Shown in pieces: positions 40,421 through 50,947 of a stretch of 64,000 nucleotides of DNA. The translations under genes and the position numbers were made by a program. The stretch lies in the NCBI GenBank assembly GCA_016217925.1, contig JACRFK010000003.1, forward strand, positions 271,656 through 335,655. Direction: 5' to 3'. The notes below the pieces were generated by a model. It was not told the DNA's origin. It saw only the letters and a program-made list of their open reading frames with translations, and ran no database searches. Positions within the stretch are counted from its first letter, which is position 1; every line of letters begins with the position of its first letter. This DNA comes from Candidatus Kaiserbacteria bacterium. GTDB taxonomy: Bacteria; Patescibacteriota; Minisyncoccia; Phycocordibacterales; UBA2100.

Positions 40421-41011
40421 TCAGGTCTTCTTCGGCGGGCAGGTGTACCAGTCCCAGCCTTTGAGACCAGGCACCGTCGGGTGACTGACGCGCACCTTGA
40501 CCCGCTTGCCTTCGTTCCCGCGGCATTCCTGAGCATGCAGGACGTGGGCGTGGGTGTCCTCTTTCTTTGCCGAAAGCGGAATGACCTCGACCTGGATGGC
40601 CTGGGCCTTGGCGGGAGCCGCCGGCTGATCGGTAGCCGCCGGAGTCTTCGCCACATCCTTGATTGCGGCGATCATGCGATCGTTCTCGGCCTTGGCTGAT
40701 TTCTGCGCCTCGGCCATGATGCGGTTGTTCTCGGCCTGCACCACAGTCATGTCGATGGTCGGCTGGCGTGTCACCACGATTGCCGTAATCAAGACTATTG
40801 CGGCAACGGCGGCACCCGCCCACATCGGCCACGTGCGAGTCTTCGCCGGCGGAGCTGGCCTCGCCATGACCACCGGGCGACGGAGAGCCGCCGCGGTAGG
40901 CGCAGCCGCTGTGGCACCCAAGGTCCCAGTGGCTGGGTCGTAGACGTGCCAGGCACCGGTTGTGGCTTGCGCCACGATTTGGCCCCTCGCGTTTCTGTAC
41001 GTATTGATCAT
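40421..41011 (-). CDS. hypothetical single-TM protein
   Basis: GAGGAG RBS; TM segment; Ala/Pro linkers. Confidence 0.5.
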   Translation of the reverse strand: MINTYRNARGQIVAQATTGAWHVYDPATGTLGATAAAPTAAALRRPVVMARPAPPAKTRTWPMWAGAAVAAIVLITAIVVTRQPTIDMTVVQAENNRIMAEAQKSAKAENDRMIAAIKDVAKTPAATDQPAAPAKAQAIQVEVIPLSAKKEDTHAHVLHAQECRGNEGKRVKVRVSHPTVPGLKGWDWYTCPPKKT

Positions 41012-41151
41012 CGTGTCCTCCTCTCGAGGATTTGACTCGGTTGAAGTGAAAGAGCGCGTCCCACCATGAGACAACGCTCAGGTAGCTGACTTATCGATAT
41101 TATATCACCTGTTGCATGATTGTCAAGCCTATTATACGGCTTAACAAAAGG

Positions 41152-41709
41152 TTATTTTGCGAATGAGATGGCGCGGCCTACCTCGACGGCATGGCCGACT
41201 TCTACCGCGTGCCCGACGTTGACGGCATGGCCGACGCTCTTAGCGCGCCCCACGGATACCGCGTGACCAACGGATACGGCGTGGCCGACATTTACCGCAT
41301 GCCCTACCGAGACCGCATGGCCGGTGGGAACGAGCGCAAAGAGTTTACCGGGTCCAAAGAGGTCTACGGCGTGTGCGATGTCTACGATGTGCCCGACTTC
41401 TACGGGATGCGCGACGTTAACGGGGTGCGCGACGTTAACTCCATAACCGACGCCGATGGGATAACCGACATTCACACCATGACCAACGTTTACCCCATGC
41501 CCTACATTCACACCATAGCCGACACCTATGGGATAGCCGGTAGACGCACCGTATCCGGGCGACGTGGGATATCCAGCATCCGTCGGGTATCCCAAGGGAA
41601 CCGCCACGCCATACGTTTCTATTTCAGGCGGATCGGTGATGGCGGCGTATGAAAGCGGCGCCAAGCCGACGCAAATAATTATGGCGAGTGTTACAAGCCC
41701 TTTTTTCAT
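41152..41709 (-). CDS. secreted hexapeptide-repeat protein (G-H/Y-x-V-x-V)n
   Basis: signal peptide; over 20 six-residue repeats; start overlaps the sortase stop. Confidence 0.75.
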   Translation of the reverse strand: MKKGLVTLAIIICVGLAPLSYAAITDPPEIETYGVAVPLGYPTDAGYPTSPGYGASTGYPIGVGYGVNVGHGVNVGHGVNVGYPIGVGYGVNVAHPVNVAHPVEVGHIVDIAHAVDLFGPGKLFALVPTGHAVSVGHAVNVGHAVSVGHAVSVGRAKSVGHAVNVGHAVEVGHAVEVGRAISFAK

Positions 41710-42389
41710 AGAATATTTGTGCTCGCGATGCCGACGTACTCGGCCTCGACGATGAAGCGCGCGCTCTTGCCGGTGAGTATGTCGCAGGTCGTGAGCGTGA
41801 GCTTCGTACCCTGTGCTGCCGAGAGGTCAATGACGGTCTCATTCACATCTACCGAGCGCACGGAAGTGACCGAGTAGAGATACTCAACGCCACCGCCTTC
41901 GACCGAAATTGAATCGCCCGGCTTCAACTCCGAAATGCGGTTGAACACCTTGTACATCGGATTGCGGACGACCTTGTAGGTGGACGAGTGCCCGAATATA
42001 AGCATGTTGCCCGGCACTCCGAGCTTTGCCGAATCCACGTAGCGTGTGGGACTTTTGAGTATGGCGGCGGCGAGGCTGTCGAGGTCACGCGTACCAGGGT
42101 TTTGGATAACCGCATCGAGACCTATCGCGGCACTCTTGATGCGCTCCGGAAGAATGCCTTGCGGTGCCGCGGGGGATTCTCCTGTCGTTTTGTATAGTTC
42201 ACTCAGTTGCGGAAGGTCCGAGAGCGCGACCGTCTCGCTCGTCGACTTTTTCTCTGGAGGCATGCCATCGATATAGGACGGAACGAAGCCGATCGAATCA
42301 GCGGCGCTCACGGTGGAGAAGAAAATCACAACAACCGCGGCAAAAAAGACGCGTTTGGGTGGCTTGTTACTCTGAACTTGTGTATTCAT
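41706..42389 (-). CDS. sortase family protein
   Basis: N-terminal TM; GN..I.GH, LTLTTC, R catalytic triad pattern. Confidence 0.85.
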   Translation of the reverse strand: MNTQVQSNKPPKRVFFAAVVVIFFSTVSAADSIGFVPSYIDGMPPEKKSTSETVALSDLPQLSELYKTTGESPAAPQGILPERIKSAAIGLDAVIQNPGTRDLDSLAAAILKSPTRYVDSAKLGVPGNMLIFGHSSTYKVVRNPMYKVFNRISELKPGDSISVEGGGVEYLYSVTSVRSVDVNETVIDLSAAQGTKLTLTTCDILTGKSARFIVEAEYVGIASTNIL

Positions 42390-42495
42390 AGGGATTCCTG
42401 ACGGTCGGCATAGTACACTATAAACGCCCCTTTGTCAAATGCCTCGTCTTCACCGCCTCTTGACAAATCGCGCGATATATGTAAAGATATCGCCC

Positions 42496-43197
42496 ATGAC
42501 GGATGTAAAGACCACAAAAACAACCGAAACGGAGCACGTCACCACGACGCATACCCACGGGGAGCCGAAGGAAAGTTTGATATCAAATACGCTTGGCATC
42601 GTTGGTTTTATTATTGTCGTTGCGATCGTCTTGTGGGGGCTTCTCCACATCGCGTCCTTGGGCCAGCCGTGGCTCTCTTCCCTTTTTGACACTGTCTCGA
42701 GCAAAGTAAATGCACCCGCCAAGGTCGAATCCCGCCCTTTGGGTACCCTGGTGATGAAGCCACTTGCCACGACGACTCCTGTAGCGCCGGCAAGGTCGCC
42801 AGTCGTCGGCCCGACCGACCTCAGCGTGCAAATACTCTCCGTTGAACCCGATGGCGCAGGCGGCGGCGTTGCGACGTTCGACATCGGCAACGAGGGACAA
42901 AGCTCGACCGGTGCGTACTCGTTCACCGCGCAATTGCCGACCGCCGATGGATATCTCTACAATTCGCCCGTACAAAGTTCCCTTGCTCCGGGAGACCACA
43001 TAGTCAACACCCTGCGCTTCTCCTCGGCGATCTCCGGTGTCTTCAGTGTCGTCGTCGACACTTCGAAAAACGAGTCGAATACGAGCAACAACTACGCATC
43101 CCGCCAAGTCTCGATGCCGTACGTCAACTACAACTATAATTACAATCCGCAGCCGTATCCGCAGTATCAGTACGGTCAGTATCAGTACGGCTTCTAA
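42496..43197 (+). CDS. membrane-anchored CARDB/Ig-like domain protein
   Basis: TM; DL.V...I.N.G...L.PG...VD....ESN..NN; Tyr/Gln tail. Confidence 0.6.
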   Translation: MTDVKTTKTTETEHVTTTHTHGEPKESLISNTLGIVGFIIVVAIVLWGLLHIASLGQPWLSSLFDTVSSKVNAPAKVESRPLGTLVMKPLATTTPVAPARSPVVGPTDLSVQILSVEPDGAGGGVATFDIGNEGQSSTGAYSFTAQLPTADGYLYNSPVQSSLAPGDHIVNTLRFSSAISGVFSVVVDTSKNESNTSNNYASRQVSMPYVNYNYNYNPQPYPQYQYGQYQYGF

Positions 43198-43208
43198 CGC
43201 GAACGAAG

Positions 43209-43237
43209 AAAACCGCCGCGTTTGACGCGGCGGTTTT
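43209..43237. terminator. bidirectional terminator
   Basis: aaaaccgccgcg...cgcggcggtttt. Confidence 0.85.
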
Positions 43238-43241
43238 GGTT

Positions 43242-45350
43242 TTAAATGTCCAACGTTGCCTCTTTGGCGTGACTCTGGATGAACGATTTGCGCGCGGGGA
43301 CGTCGGTACCCATGAGCATGTCGAATACCATGTCGGCCTCTTGCGCGTCTTCGATGCTCACCTGCAAAAGGATGCGCCGAGCCGGGTCCATCGTGGTCTC
43401 CCACAATTCTTCGGAGTTCATTTCCCCCAGACCTTTGTAGCGTTGCACGGATACTTTCGCGACCTTCCCGACGCTCCGACCTTCGTCGGAGGTCGGGACC
43501 CCGGCATCGACTTCGTCGAGCGTCGGGGCTTCGAGCGGCACATCCTTACCGACGAGCTTTATGCGTTCATCGTCGGAGTAGGCGTAATGTATCTCCTTGC
43601 CCTTGCGTACCTTGAAAAGCGGTGGCTGCGCGATGTAGAGGAATCCGCCGTCCACAACGGGCCGGAAGTGGCGGAAAAAGAGCGTCAGCAAGAGCGTGCG
43701 GATGTGTGCGCCATCCACGTCGGCATCGGTCGCGATGATTATTTTGTGATAGCGCAACTTGGTGACGTCGAAGATGTCGCCTATCGCGGTGCCAAGTGCG
43801 ACCACGAGATTACGTATCTGCTCTGATGCGAGCATTTTGTCTATGCGGGCGCGTTCGATGTTGAGAATCTTCCCGCGTAATGGAAGCACCGCTTGGATGC
43901 GGCGGTCGCGACCCATTTTGGCGGTACCGCCAGCTGAATCCCCCTCGACGATGAAAAGCTCGGACTCTGAAGCGTCTTTGGTCTGGCAATCGGCGAGCTT
44001 GCCCGGGAGCGTCATGCCGTCCAAGGCACCTTTGCGCATGATGCTGTCTTTGGCGGCTTTTGCGGCTTTACGCGCTTTCATCGCGAGCGTGATCTTCCCG
44101 AATATCGCACGTGCCTCCTCCGGATGCTCTTCGAGGAATGTACTGAATGCTTCTCCGAAAACAGTCTCGACAGCGCCGCGCGCCTCAACGCTCCCTAGCT
44201 TGCCCTTGGTCTGGCCTTCGAACTGGATCTCGCGTAATTTCACCGATACTACGGCGGTCAAGCCTTCGAGCGCATCGTCACCGGTAAAGCTGTCGCTTTC
44301 TTTTCCTCCGGAAGAGGATCCGCCTTTGGCGGAGCCGTTTCCATTATGAGAGTTCAGCGTGCGCGTGAGCGCGGTCTTGAATCCGGTGATGTGCGTGCCA
44401 CCTTCGGCGTTGTAAATATTGTTTGCAAATGCGGAGATGCGCGAGGTTATGTCGTCCACGTACTGTAATGCGACTTCAACGTGCACGCCGTCTTGCTCTT
44501 TCTCTACATAAAAGACGGTCTTGTGGATGGTCTCGAGGTGATGATTTTGGAACGAGACGAGACTACGCAAACCGCCCTCGAAGTAAAACGTAACGGACGG
44601 CGCATCTAGCCCCTTTGTGCCGGAGGCACCGACCGGTAAGTCGCGCAGATAAAATACTTCTTCGTCGTCTACTTTCTCCACTTTGCGCAGATCGAGTATC
44701 GAGATGCGGAGTCCTTTGACCAAGTACGCCTGTTGGCGCATGTGGGAAACGATGGTATCCCAGTTCAATTCTCTGTCCGGAAATATGGAAGGGTCTGATT
44801 CGAAGGTAATGATGGTGCCGTGCAGTTTTGAAGTACCTATTTTTTTGGTCTTGCCGACCGGTTTTCCGCCATTTTTATACTCTTGAATATACTGACCGCC
44901 GTCGCGATGCACTTCCGCGCGAAGGCGCGTTGATAGAGCGTTGACCACAGAGACTCCCACGCCGTGCAAACCGCCAGAGACTTTGTACCCCTCGCCGCCG
45001 AATTTTCCTCCGGCGTGAAGCATCGTCATCACTGTCTCGAGCGTCGAAACCTTAGTCTTCGGATGTATCTCTACCGGAATGCCGCGGCCGTTGTCGGCGA
45101 CGCGTATGCGATTGTCCGGAAGAAGTGCGACCTCCACATCATTGGCGAAGTCGCCCATCGCTTCGTCGCGTGAGTTGTCGAACACTTCCCAGACGAGGTG
45201 ATGGAGGCCTGCGGTACCCGTGGTACCGATGTACATGCCCGGACGGCGGCGCACGGCTTCCAACCCCTCAAGAACGGTAATGTCAGAGGCTCCATAGGAG
45301 CCTGTTTTTGCCGCCTTTTCCGGGGCCTTTTTTGCCTTCTTTTCAGCCAT
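43242..45350 (-). CDS. gyrB: DNA gyrase subunit B
   Basis: EAVRRRPGMYIG, DNGRGIP, EGDSAGG, DADVDG, RYKGLGEMN. Confidence 0.95.
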   Translation of the reverse strand: MAEKKAKKAPEKAAKTGSYGASDITVLEGLEAVRRRPGMYIGTTGTAGLHHLVWEVFDNSRDEAMGDFANDVEVALLPDNRIRVADNGRGIPVEIHPKTKVSTLETVMTMLHAGGKFGGEGYKVSGGLHGVGVSVVNALSTRLRAEVHRDGGQYIQEYKNGGKPVGKTKKIGTSKLHGTIITFESDPSIFPDRELNWDTIVSHMRQQAYLVKGLRISILDLRKVEKVDDEEVFYLRDLPVGASGTKGLDAPSVTFYFEGGLRSLVSFQNHHLETIHKTVFYVEKEQDGVHVEVALQYVDDITSRISAFANNIYNAEGGTHITGFKTALTRTLNSHNGNGSAKGGSSSGGKESDSFTGDDALEGLTAVVSVKLREIQFEGQTKGKLGSVEARGAVETVFGEAFSTFLEEHPEEARAIFGKITLAMKARKAAKAAKDSIMRKGALDGMTLPGKLADCQTKDASESELFIVEGDSAGGTAKMGRDRRIQAVLPLRGKILNIERARIDKMLASEQIRNLVVALGTAIGDIFDVTKLRYHKIIIATDADVDGAHIRTLLLTLFFRHFRPVVDGGFLYIAQPPLFKVRKGKEIHYAYSDDERIKLVGKDVPLEAPTLDEVDAGVPTSDEGRSVGKVAKVSVQRYKGLGEMNSEELWETTMDPARRILLQVSIEDAQEADMVFDMLMGTDVPARKSFIQSHAKEATLDI
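43466..43498. repeat. family E hairpin in-frame in gyrB
   Basis: tcccgac-g-ctccgac-cttc-gtcggag-gtcggga (33 nt). Confidence 0.7.
44304..44333 (-). repeat. family A element in-frame in gyrB (SAKGGSSSGG)
   Basis: tccgccaaaggcggatcctcttccggagga. Confidence 0.9.
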
Positions 45351-45457
45351 ATTTAGTCCTTCCAGTGTATCAAAAAACAGCCCCTTTGCATAGCCCCAAA
45401 AGGTGGGTATAGTGTGCCGCGGGACACAGCACCGAGTTGCTGCAAAAGGAGCCGAAA

Positions 45458-45808
45458 ATGGGGCGTATCATCTTCGCCTTGCTATTCGCGACCTTTGCAG
45501 CTTGTGCTGTTTTGGTCGCTAAAAACACTGAGCACGGGCGCGGACTCGACGAGATATTCGAGGTTTTCTCGATACTTCCCCCGGAAAAGGGGGGTTATGC
45601 GCTTAGCCTCTACGACCACGACCGGCGGATTACGCACGTCTTGTCGGTCGAAGACCTTGGTATCAGCGTTGACGACCTGAGAAAGATCAGCGTCGGTTCC
45701 AAAATCCCCTGTTGGCACGCGTGGGAAAGGAATCTGCTGACGTTGTTCAAGGTCCGGACATTCCTGCAATGCCGCGTGCCGCCGCAAAAGAGAAAAGACG
45801 CCGGGTGA
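45458..45808 (+). CDS. hypothetical exported protein
   Basis: AAGGAG RBS; hydrophobic N-terminus. Confidence 0.45.
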   Translation: MGRIIFALLFATFAACAVLVAKNTEHGRGLDEIFEVFSILPPEKGGYALSLYDHDRRITHVLSVEDLGISVDDLRKISVGSKIPCWHAWERNLLTLFKVRTFLQCRVPPQKRKDAG

Positions 45809-45831
45809 AGTAGCTCGGCGTTTTCTAATTG

Positions 45832-47631
45832 TTATCGCACCTCCCACCCCTTACCTTTCACCGCAGCGTACACTTTTTCCATCACCACATTCACTTCCGT
45901 ATCGGTAAGTGTCTTTTCGAAAGACTGAAATACGAGACGGAATGCGAGCGATAACTTGCCGCCCTTTTTAAACTCATCGAATTTCTCGCTTCGCGTCAAT
46001 AACTCCCCTGCTTCCGCACGAATGACCGAGAGAACATCTTTAGGTTTGGTTTCTGCAGGAACCCACATCGCGATATCGCGGACGATGAACGGATATTTCG
46101 AGAACGGCTGGTAGCGTTCGGTGGTCGAAAGAGGCAAGTCGTCGTAGGCGGAAGCGGCGGCGGCTTCAAGCGGTTCTTCCGAGACCGTACCTCCCTCCTC
46201 TACCGTACCGACCATCGTCATTTCTTTTTTATTATTCCACACACTGCCAATCTCGAACAACTTTACTTTGTAAAGTTGTAGCAGGTCTTTGTTGCGGATA
46301 TTTTTCTCAAGCGCACTTCCTAGACCATCGGTCAGATTGGCGCGAAGGTACGGGCGCACGCCATCTACTTTGTTGGCGACAAGACGTTCGCCCTTGTCCG
46401 CAAAGACCGACGTAAAGACCTCTGAGTATCCTTTCGAAGTGAGTTCGGCGCGTGCACGCTCACTCGCGTAGAAATTGGCGTTCACCTCGGGCTTTTGGGG
46501 AAATGCGGAAAGTTCCGTGGCCGGTATTTTGTCGTATCCTACGATGCGCGCTACTTCTTCTATCAAATCTTCGGGAATTACGAGGTCGAGCCGTTCAAAT
46601 GGCGGAGTGACGGTAAACATACAATGAGATGACATCTCATTGTATTGGTATGGCAGGTCGAGGCGCTTGAATGCATCCGCGACATCCGATTCCGCAAGCT
46701 TCGTACCGAGCACAGTGTTGATTTTCTTGAGCGAAACGGAAACCGTCCATTTTTTCTGCGGAGCCGGGTATTCGTCGACATACCCCGCGACTTCCCCGCC
46801 CGCAAGCTTCACAATCAGGTCGGCAGCCGCTTTCAGGCCGTACACGGTAAGCTCGGGCGAGATGACTTGCTGGAAGCGGTCTGAGGCGTCGGTGCGTAAT
46901 TTCAGGGCTTGCGATGTCTTTCGGATAGTGACACCGTCCCAGTTCGCGGCTTCGAGCACGATAGCAGTGGTAACTTCATCTATGCCGGTCGGCTTCCCTC
47001 CTTTGATGCCAGCGATACTTACAGCCTCACCCGTATTGCCGTCGGCAATGACAAGCATTGAGGACGCGAGCGCGTACTCCTTGTCATCAAGCCCAAGCAT
47101 CTTTTCCTCATTTTTTGCCATGCGCACATCAAGTGCACGTACCCCCTCTTTCTCGGTGAGCTTTGCCGCATCGAACGCGTGCAGCGGCTGGCCGATGTTG
47201 AACATCACATAATTTGTCGCATCCACGATGTTGTTGATACTTTTCTGACCGATACTTTCGAGCGCGGTGCGCAGCCACTCGGGCGAGTCCCCGACTTTGA
47301 CTCCCGTAATGTATGCGGCGGTAAAACGCGGGCAAAGCTGCGGATTCTCTATCATGACTTTCAACGAGTCGGTTTTTGGCTCAAGGGAGACATCAGTAAT
47401 GCCATACGGATGCGGTACAAGTGGAAGGTTCAAAATCGCCGACAACTCTTTTGCTATCCCCCGGTATGAGAGGCAATCATGTCCGCGATTCGGCGTAACC
47501 TTCACGTCGAGAACTTCGCCCTCGACGATTTCTATCTCGAATGCATGAAATGTAAGCGCATCAGCCAGCTCCTGCGCTGCCGGTAGAGGTTTCTCAAAAT
47601 ATGCCTGAAGCCATTCGCGGGAGATTTTCAT
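45832..47631 (-). CDS. pheT: phenylalanine--tRNA ligase beta subunit (short form)
   Basis: TPNRGHDCLS, GQPLHAFD, DLIEEVARIVGY, C-terminal FDX-ACB. Confidence 0.93.
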   Translation of the reverse strand: MKISREWLQAYFEKPLPAAQELADALTFHAFEIEIVEGEVLDVKVTPNRGHDCLSYRGIAKELSAILNLPLVPHPYGITDVSLEPKTDSLKVMIENPQLCPRFTAAYITGVKVGDSPEWLRTALESIGQKSINNIVDATNYVMFNIGQPLHAFDAAKLTEKEGVRALDVRMAKNEEKMLGLDDKEYALASSMLVIADGNTGEAVSIAGIKGGKPTGIDEVTTAIVLEAANWDGVTIRKTSQALKLRTDASDRFQQVISPELTVYGLKAAADLIVKLAGGEVAGYVDEYPAPQKKWTVSVSLKKINTVLGTKLAESDVADAFKRLDLPYQYNEMSSHCMFTVTPPFERLDLVIPEDLIEEVARIVGYDKIPATELSAFPQKPEVNANFYASERARAELTSKGYSEVFTSVFADKGERLVANKVDGVRPYLRANLTDGLGSALEKNIRNKDLLQLYKVKLFEIGSVWNNKKEMTMVGTVEEGGTVSEEPLEAAAASAYDDLPLSTTERYQPFSKYPFIVRDIAMWVPAETKPKDVLSVIRAEAGELLTRSEKFDEFKKGGKLSLAFRLVFQSFEKTLTDTEVNVVMEKVYAAVKGKGWEVR

Positions 47632-47634
47632 ACA

Positions 47635-48363
<729 letters not shown>

Positions 48364-48380
48364 AGCGGCAGTATATCGCA

Positions 48381-49217
48381 CTAGAGCTCCGTTATCTCGT
48401 AGAGCGCGGTGCCGTCTTTCACGATAAGGTGCCCCGCCACAATGCGGAAATCCGCTCCGCGCACCGGATAGAGCGGCACGGTGAGCGGTTCGGGGCGGAC
48501 GTCGATCTCGGCGAGAAATACGCCGCCCTCTTTGGTCGTGTAGACGACGCCGCCCGCGAAGAATTCCGCACGGGTCGCGTGTTGTTTACCATCCTCGACC
48601 GGGATTACTGCACTACAGAAAGACGGCCGGCTGCAGTAGCGGCTCGGCGGCATCGTCCCCGCGTCCGTCCAGAGTACGAGGACATCGCCGTCCTCGACCG
48701 TGAGCACCTCACTCGACGGGTTATGCGGTACTACGTTTTGGGTAGATGTGGCCTTCGAGGGTAGAAATGCGGTACGGTAGGATTCGTACGTCGCGTGCGT
48801 GATGGTCGTGGTGGAGAGCGGAGCTTTTGCACTATCCACGAGCAGCACCGACGTTATCTCTTTCGGCACCAAGAACGACTGCGCATCCGTCACGAGTTCT
48901 TGTTCGACGACGAGCGTCCTGTGCCACGGAAGATCTCCTTCCCGCGTCACCAATATCTGGTATTTACCCGGCGTGAGATCATCGACGTAAAAATTGTGAC
49001 GTAGAAAACCGGAAGTACCGACGTCCTTACCGTTGACAGAGACCGTGCCTCCGCTCTCTGAGACCGAGATAATGAGGCCCCCGGTGCGCACGAACCCCGC
49101 CCCGCTCTTGAATCGGTATCCATTGGCATACAGCATCACCAAGGGGAGACATAGGACGAACACTGCTATAAGCCCGTAAAGATAAAAGCGGCGCTTCGTT
49201 TTCGAGAGTGGCTGCAT
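48381..49217 (-). CDS. membrane-anchored PEGA-like domain protein
   Basis: TM, YANGYRF, TGG, L.PG.Y.I pattern. Confidence 0.55.
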   Translation of the reverse strand: MQPLSKTKRRFYLYGLIAVFVLCLPLVMLYANGYRFKSGAGFVRTGGLIISVSESGGTVSVNGKDVGTSGFLRHNFYVDDLTPGKYQILVTREGDLPWHRTLVVEQELVTDAQSFLVPKEITSVLLVDSAKAPLSTTTITHATYESYRTAFLPSKATSTQNVVPHNPSSEVLTVEDGDVLVLWTDAGTMPPSRYCSRPSFCSAVIPVEDGKQHATRAEFFAGGVVYTTKEGGVFLAEIDVRPEPLTVPLYPVRGADFRIVAGHLIVKDGTALYEITEL

Positions 49218-49230
49218 TTGAACTAGGGTA

Positions 49231-49320
49231 TAGCCATTAGCCATTAGTGTCTAGGGGAGAATCAAAGAAACTGAAAAATTCTTATTTCTCTATTGGCTAC
49301 TTCCTAGTGGCTATTTCCTA
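49231..49320. repeat. inverted arrays of degenerate heptamers (TAGCCAT / ..TGGCTA)
   Basis: 7-nt periodic TAG on the left, CTA on the right. Confidence 0.5.
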
Positions 49321-50846
49321 TGCTTCGGCGTCACCCAAAAGCCAAGATAACGTCCCAGCATGAGCCGAATCTGCGCATCGAGCCCCGGGATGGCGCTGAA
49401 GACGACCATGGTGAGCGGAACAAGCATCCACTGCAGAAAATGCATGAGGCTGTGAAAGCGGGACTTTTCGCGCGGACGCTCCGGCACTAATTGCATCGCT
49501 ATCGCGGCGGATACGATGAGCCCAAACAGCGACGCGGTCAAAAACCCTTTCGCAACAAGAGGAAGATTGTACGAGAGTACGGTCGCGTTGAACGCGCGTC
49601 CGCCGACGATGAGCGGCATCCAGCCTACCGCAAAAAGCACGAGCGGATTGGTCGTGAGCGACCAGAAGCCTTCGATCTGGACGAATGCCGCACGGATTTT
49701 CTTCCCGAGAGGTATGCGCGAGTTTTTGAGGAACGCAAAAAGGATATAGGGGATATTTTCAGCACCATACGTCCACCGGCGATGCTGGAGATAAATATTC
49801 TTTACAGTACCCAACAAATTCGGCGCGACGTTGGCATCCATAGAAACGGGGTACGCCATAGGGACAACATCGTAATCACCGTCGTAGCGCACAAAAAGAT
49901 TCCAGAAGATGCGAGAATCTTCCGAGACGACATTTTTTTGCCAGTACCCCACCTCGCGAAGCGGCTTAAAAGGCACCGCGTGCGATGAGAAAGTCGCGAG
50001 CCGCTCCGGTCTCTCTTGCTGTATCATTTGCCAAAACGAGCTCGAATACGCGATGACGCGGGAGAGCATGGGGGCATCCCAGATGTTGTTGTTGTAGAGC
50101 GGTATCGGCTGGAAGGACGTGCGCTCGGGTCTCTCCGAGGTGAGAAAATGCCAGGTGAGGCAACTGAAGTACTGCGGGTAGACGACCGTATCAATATCAA
50201 ACGCGGAAACAAGGGTTTTTTCATACGGAATATTTTGTGCATCGAGTATCCGGATACGTGCCTCCTCGGCCGCATACGAAATATTGGAACCTTTCCCCGG
50301 TATCTCCCCTTCTCTACCCGCCGGATGCTCGGTCACAATGAAGGCGCCGAATTTGCCTTCAAAATCCGCCGCGATACGATCGGCGATCGCGCGCTGTGCT
50401 TTCCCCGCCCTCTCTTCTGCCGCAATGACGACCGCAATGCGCTTATGATCCCAACTGGACCGTAAAAGGCCCCGCACGCTCTCGGCGACGACATCGTATC
50501 CTTCCGTATAAAAAGGAAAGATGACGAGATGGAGAATATCTTTGTGGGAAAGATTTTGTAGGCGTTCATTCCAGTCAAGGCTCATGTTGTGCCGGACCCG
50601 CTTGAAGTTGTGTCGCAAATGTACCGACAGATAGACGGTCTTCAAGAGCCAATAGACCGAAAATATTATCGTGAGATATGCCGCCCATACAGGCTTGTAG
50701 AACGAAAGCACCACGAAAAGAAGGAGCGTCCCGATAGAAAGAAACCCCGGAAGCATCTCGAAGAATCGGTAAATGATGCGGTCACGGCCCGCGAGTTCGT
50801 TCGCGCGGCCGATATGCAAATACCAGTATGTGTCCTTGGTGTCCAT
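49311..50846 (-). CDS. family 2 glycosyltransferase, polytopic membrane (cellulose-synthase-like motifs)
   Basis: KGSN, DID, SED, QHRRW. Confidence 0.85.
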   Translation of the reverse strand: MDTKDTYWYLHIGRANELAGRDRIIYRFFEMLPGFLSIGTLLLFVVLSFYKPVWAAYLTIIFSVYWLLKTVYLSVHLRHNFKRVRHNMSLDWNERLQNLSHKDILHLVIFPFYTEGYDVVAESVRGLLRSSWDHKRIAVVIAAEERAGKAQRAIADRIAADFEGKFGAFIVTEHPAGREGEIPGKGSNISYAAEEARIRILDAQNIPYEKTLVSAFDIDTVVYPQYFSCLTWHFLTSERPERTSFQPIPLYNNNIWDAPMLSRVIAYSSSFWQMIQQERPERLATFSSHAVPFKPLREVGYWQKNVVSEDSRIFWNLFVRYDGDYDVVPMAYPVSMDANVAPNLLGTVKNIYLQHRRWTYGAENIPYILFAFLKNSRIPLGKKIRAAFVQIEGFWSLTTNPLVLFAVGWMPLIVGGRAFNATVLSYNLPLVAKGFLTASLFGLIVSAAIAMQLVPERPREKSRFHSLMHFLQWMLVPLTMVVFSAIPGLDAQIRLMLGRYLGFWVTPKHRK

Positions 50847-50872
50847 ATGAATGTGTGACGAAGGTGATCTTG

Positions 50873-50945
50873 AGCCGCTTCCCAGACTCGAACTGGGGAC
50901 CTTCTCTTTACAAAAGAGTTGCTCTACCAACTGAGCTAAAGCGGC
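50873..50945 (-). tRNA. tRNA-Thr(TGT), CCA not encoded
   Basis: GCCGCTT acceptor stem, AGCTCAGTTGGTAGAGC D arm, TGT anticodon, GTTCGA T loop. Confidence 0.93.
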
Positions 50946-50947
50946 GC

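Noticed and set aside
39882-41074. Prophage remnant
   Set aside because: No recognisable phage hallmark gene or integrase
50846-50930. N-terminal extension of the glycosyltransferase in the ORF track
   Set aside because: Overlaps tRNA-Thr; the start is more likely at 50846
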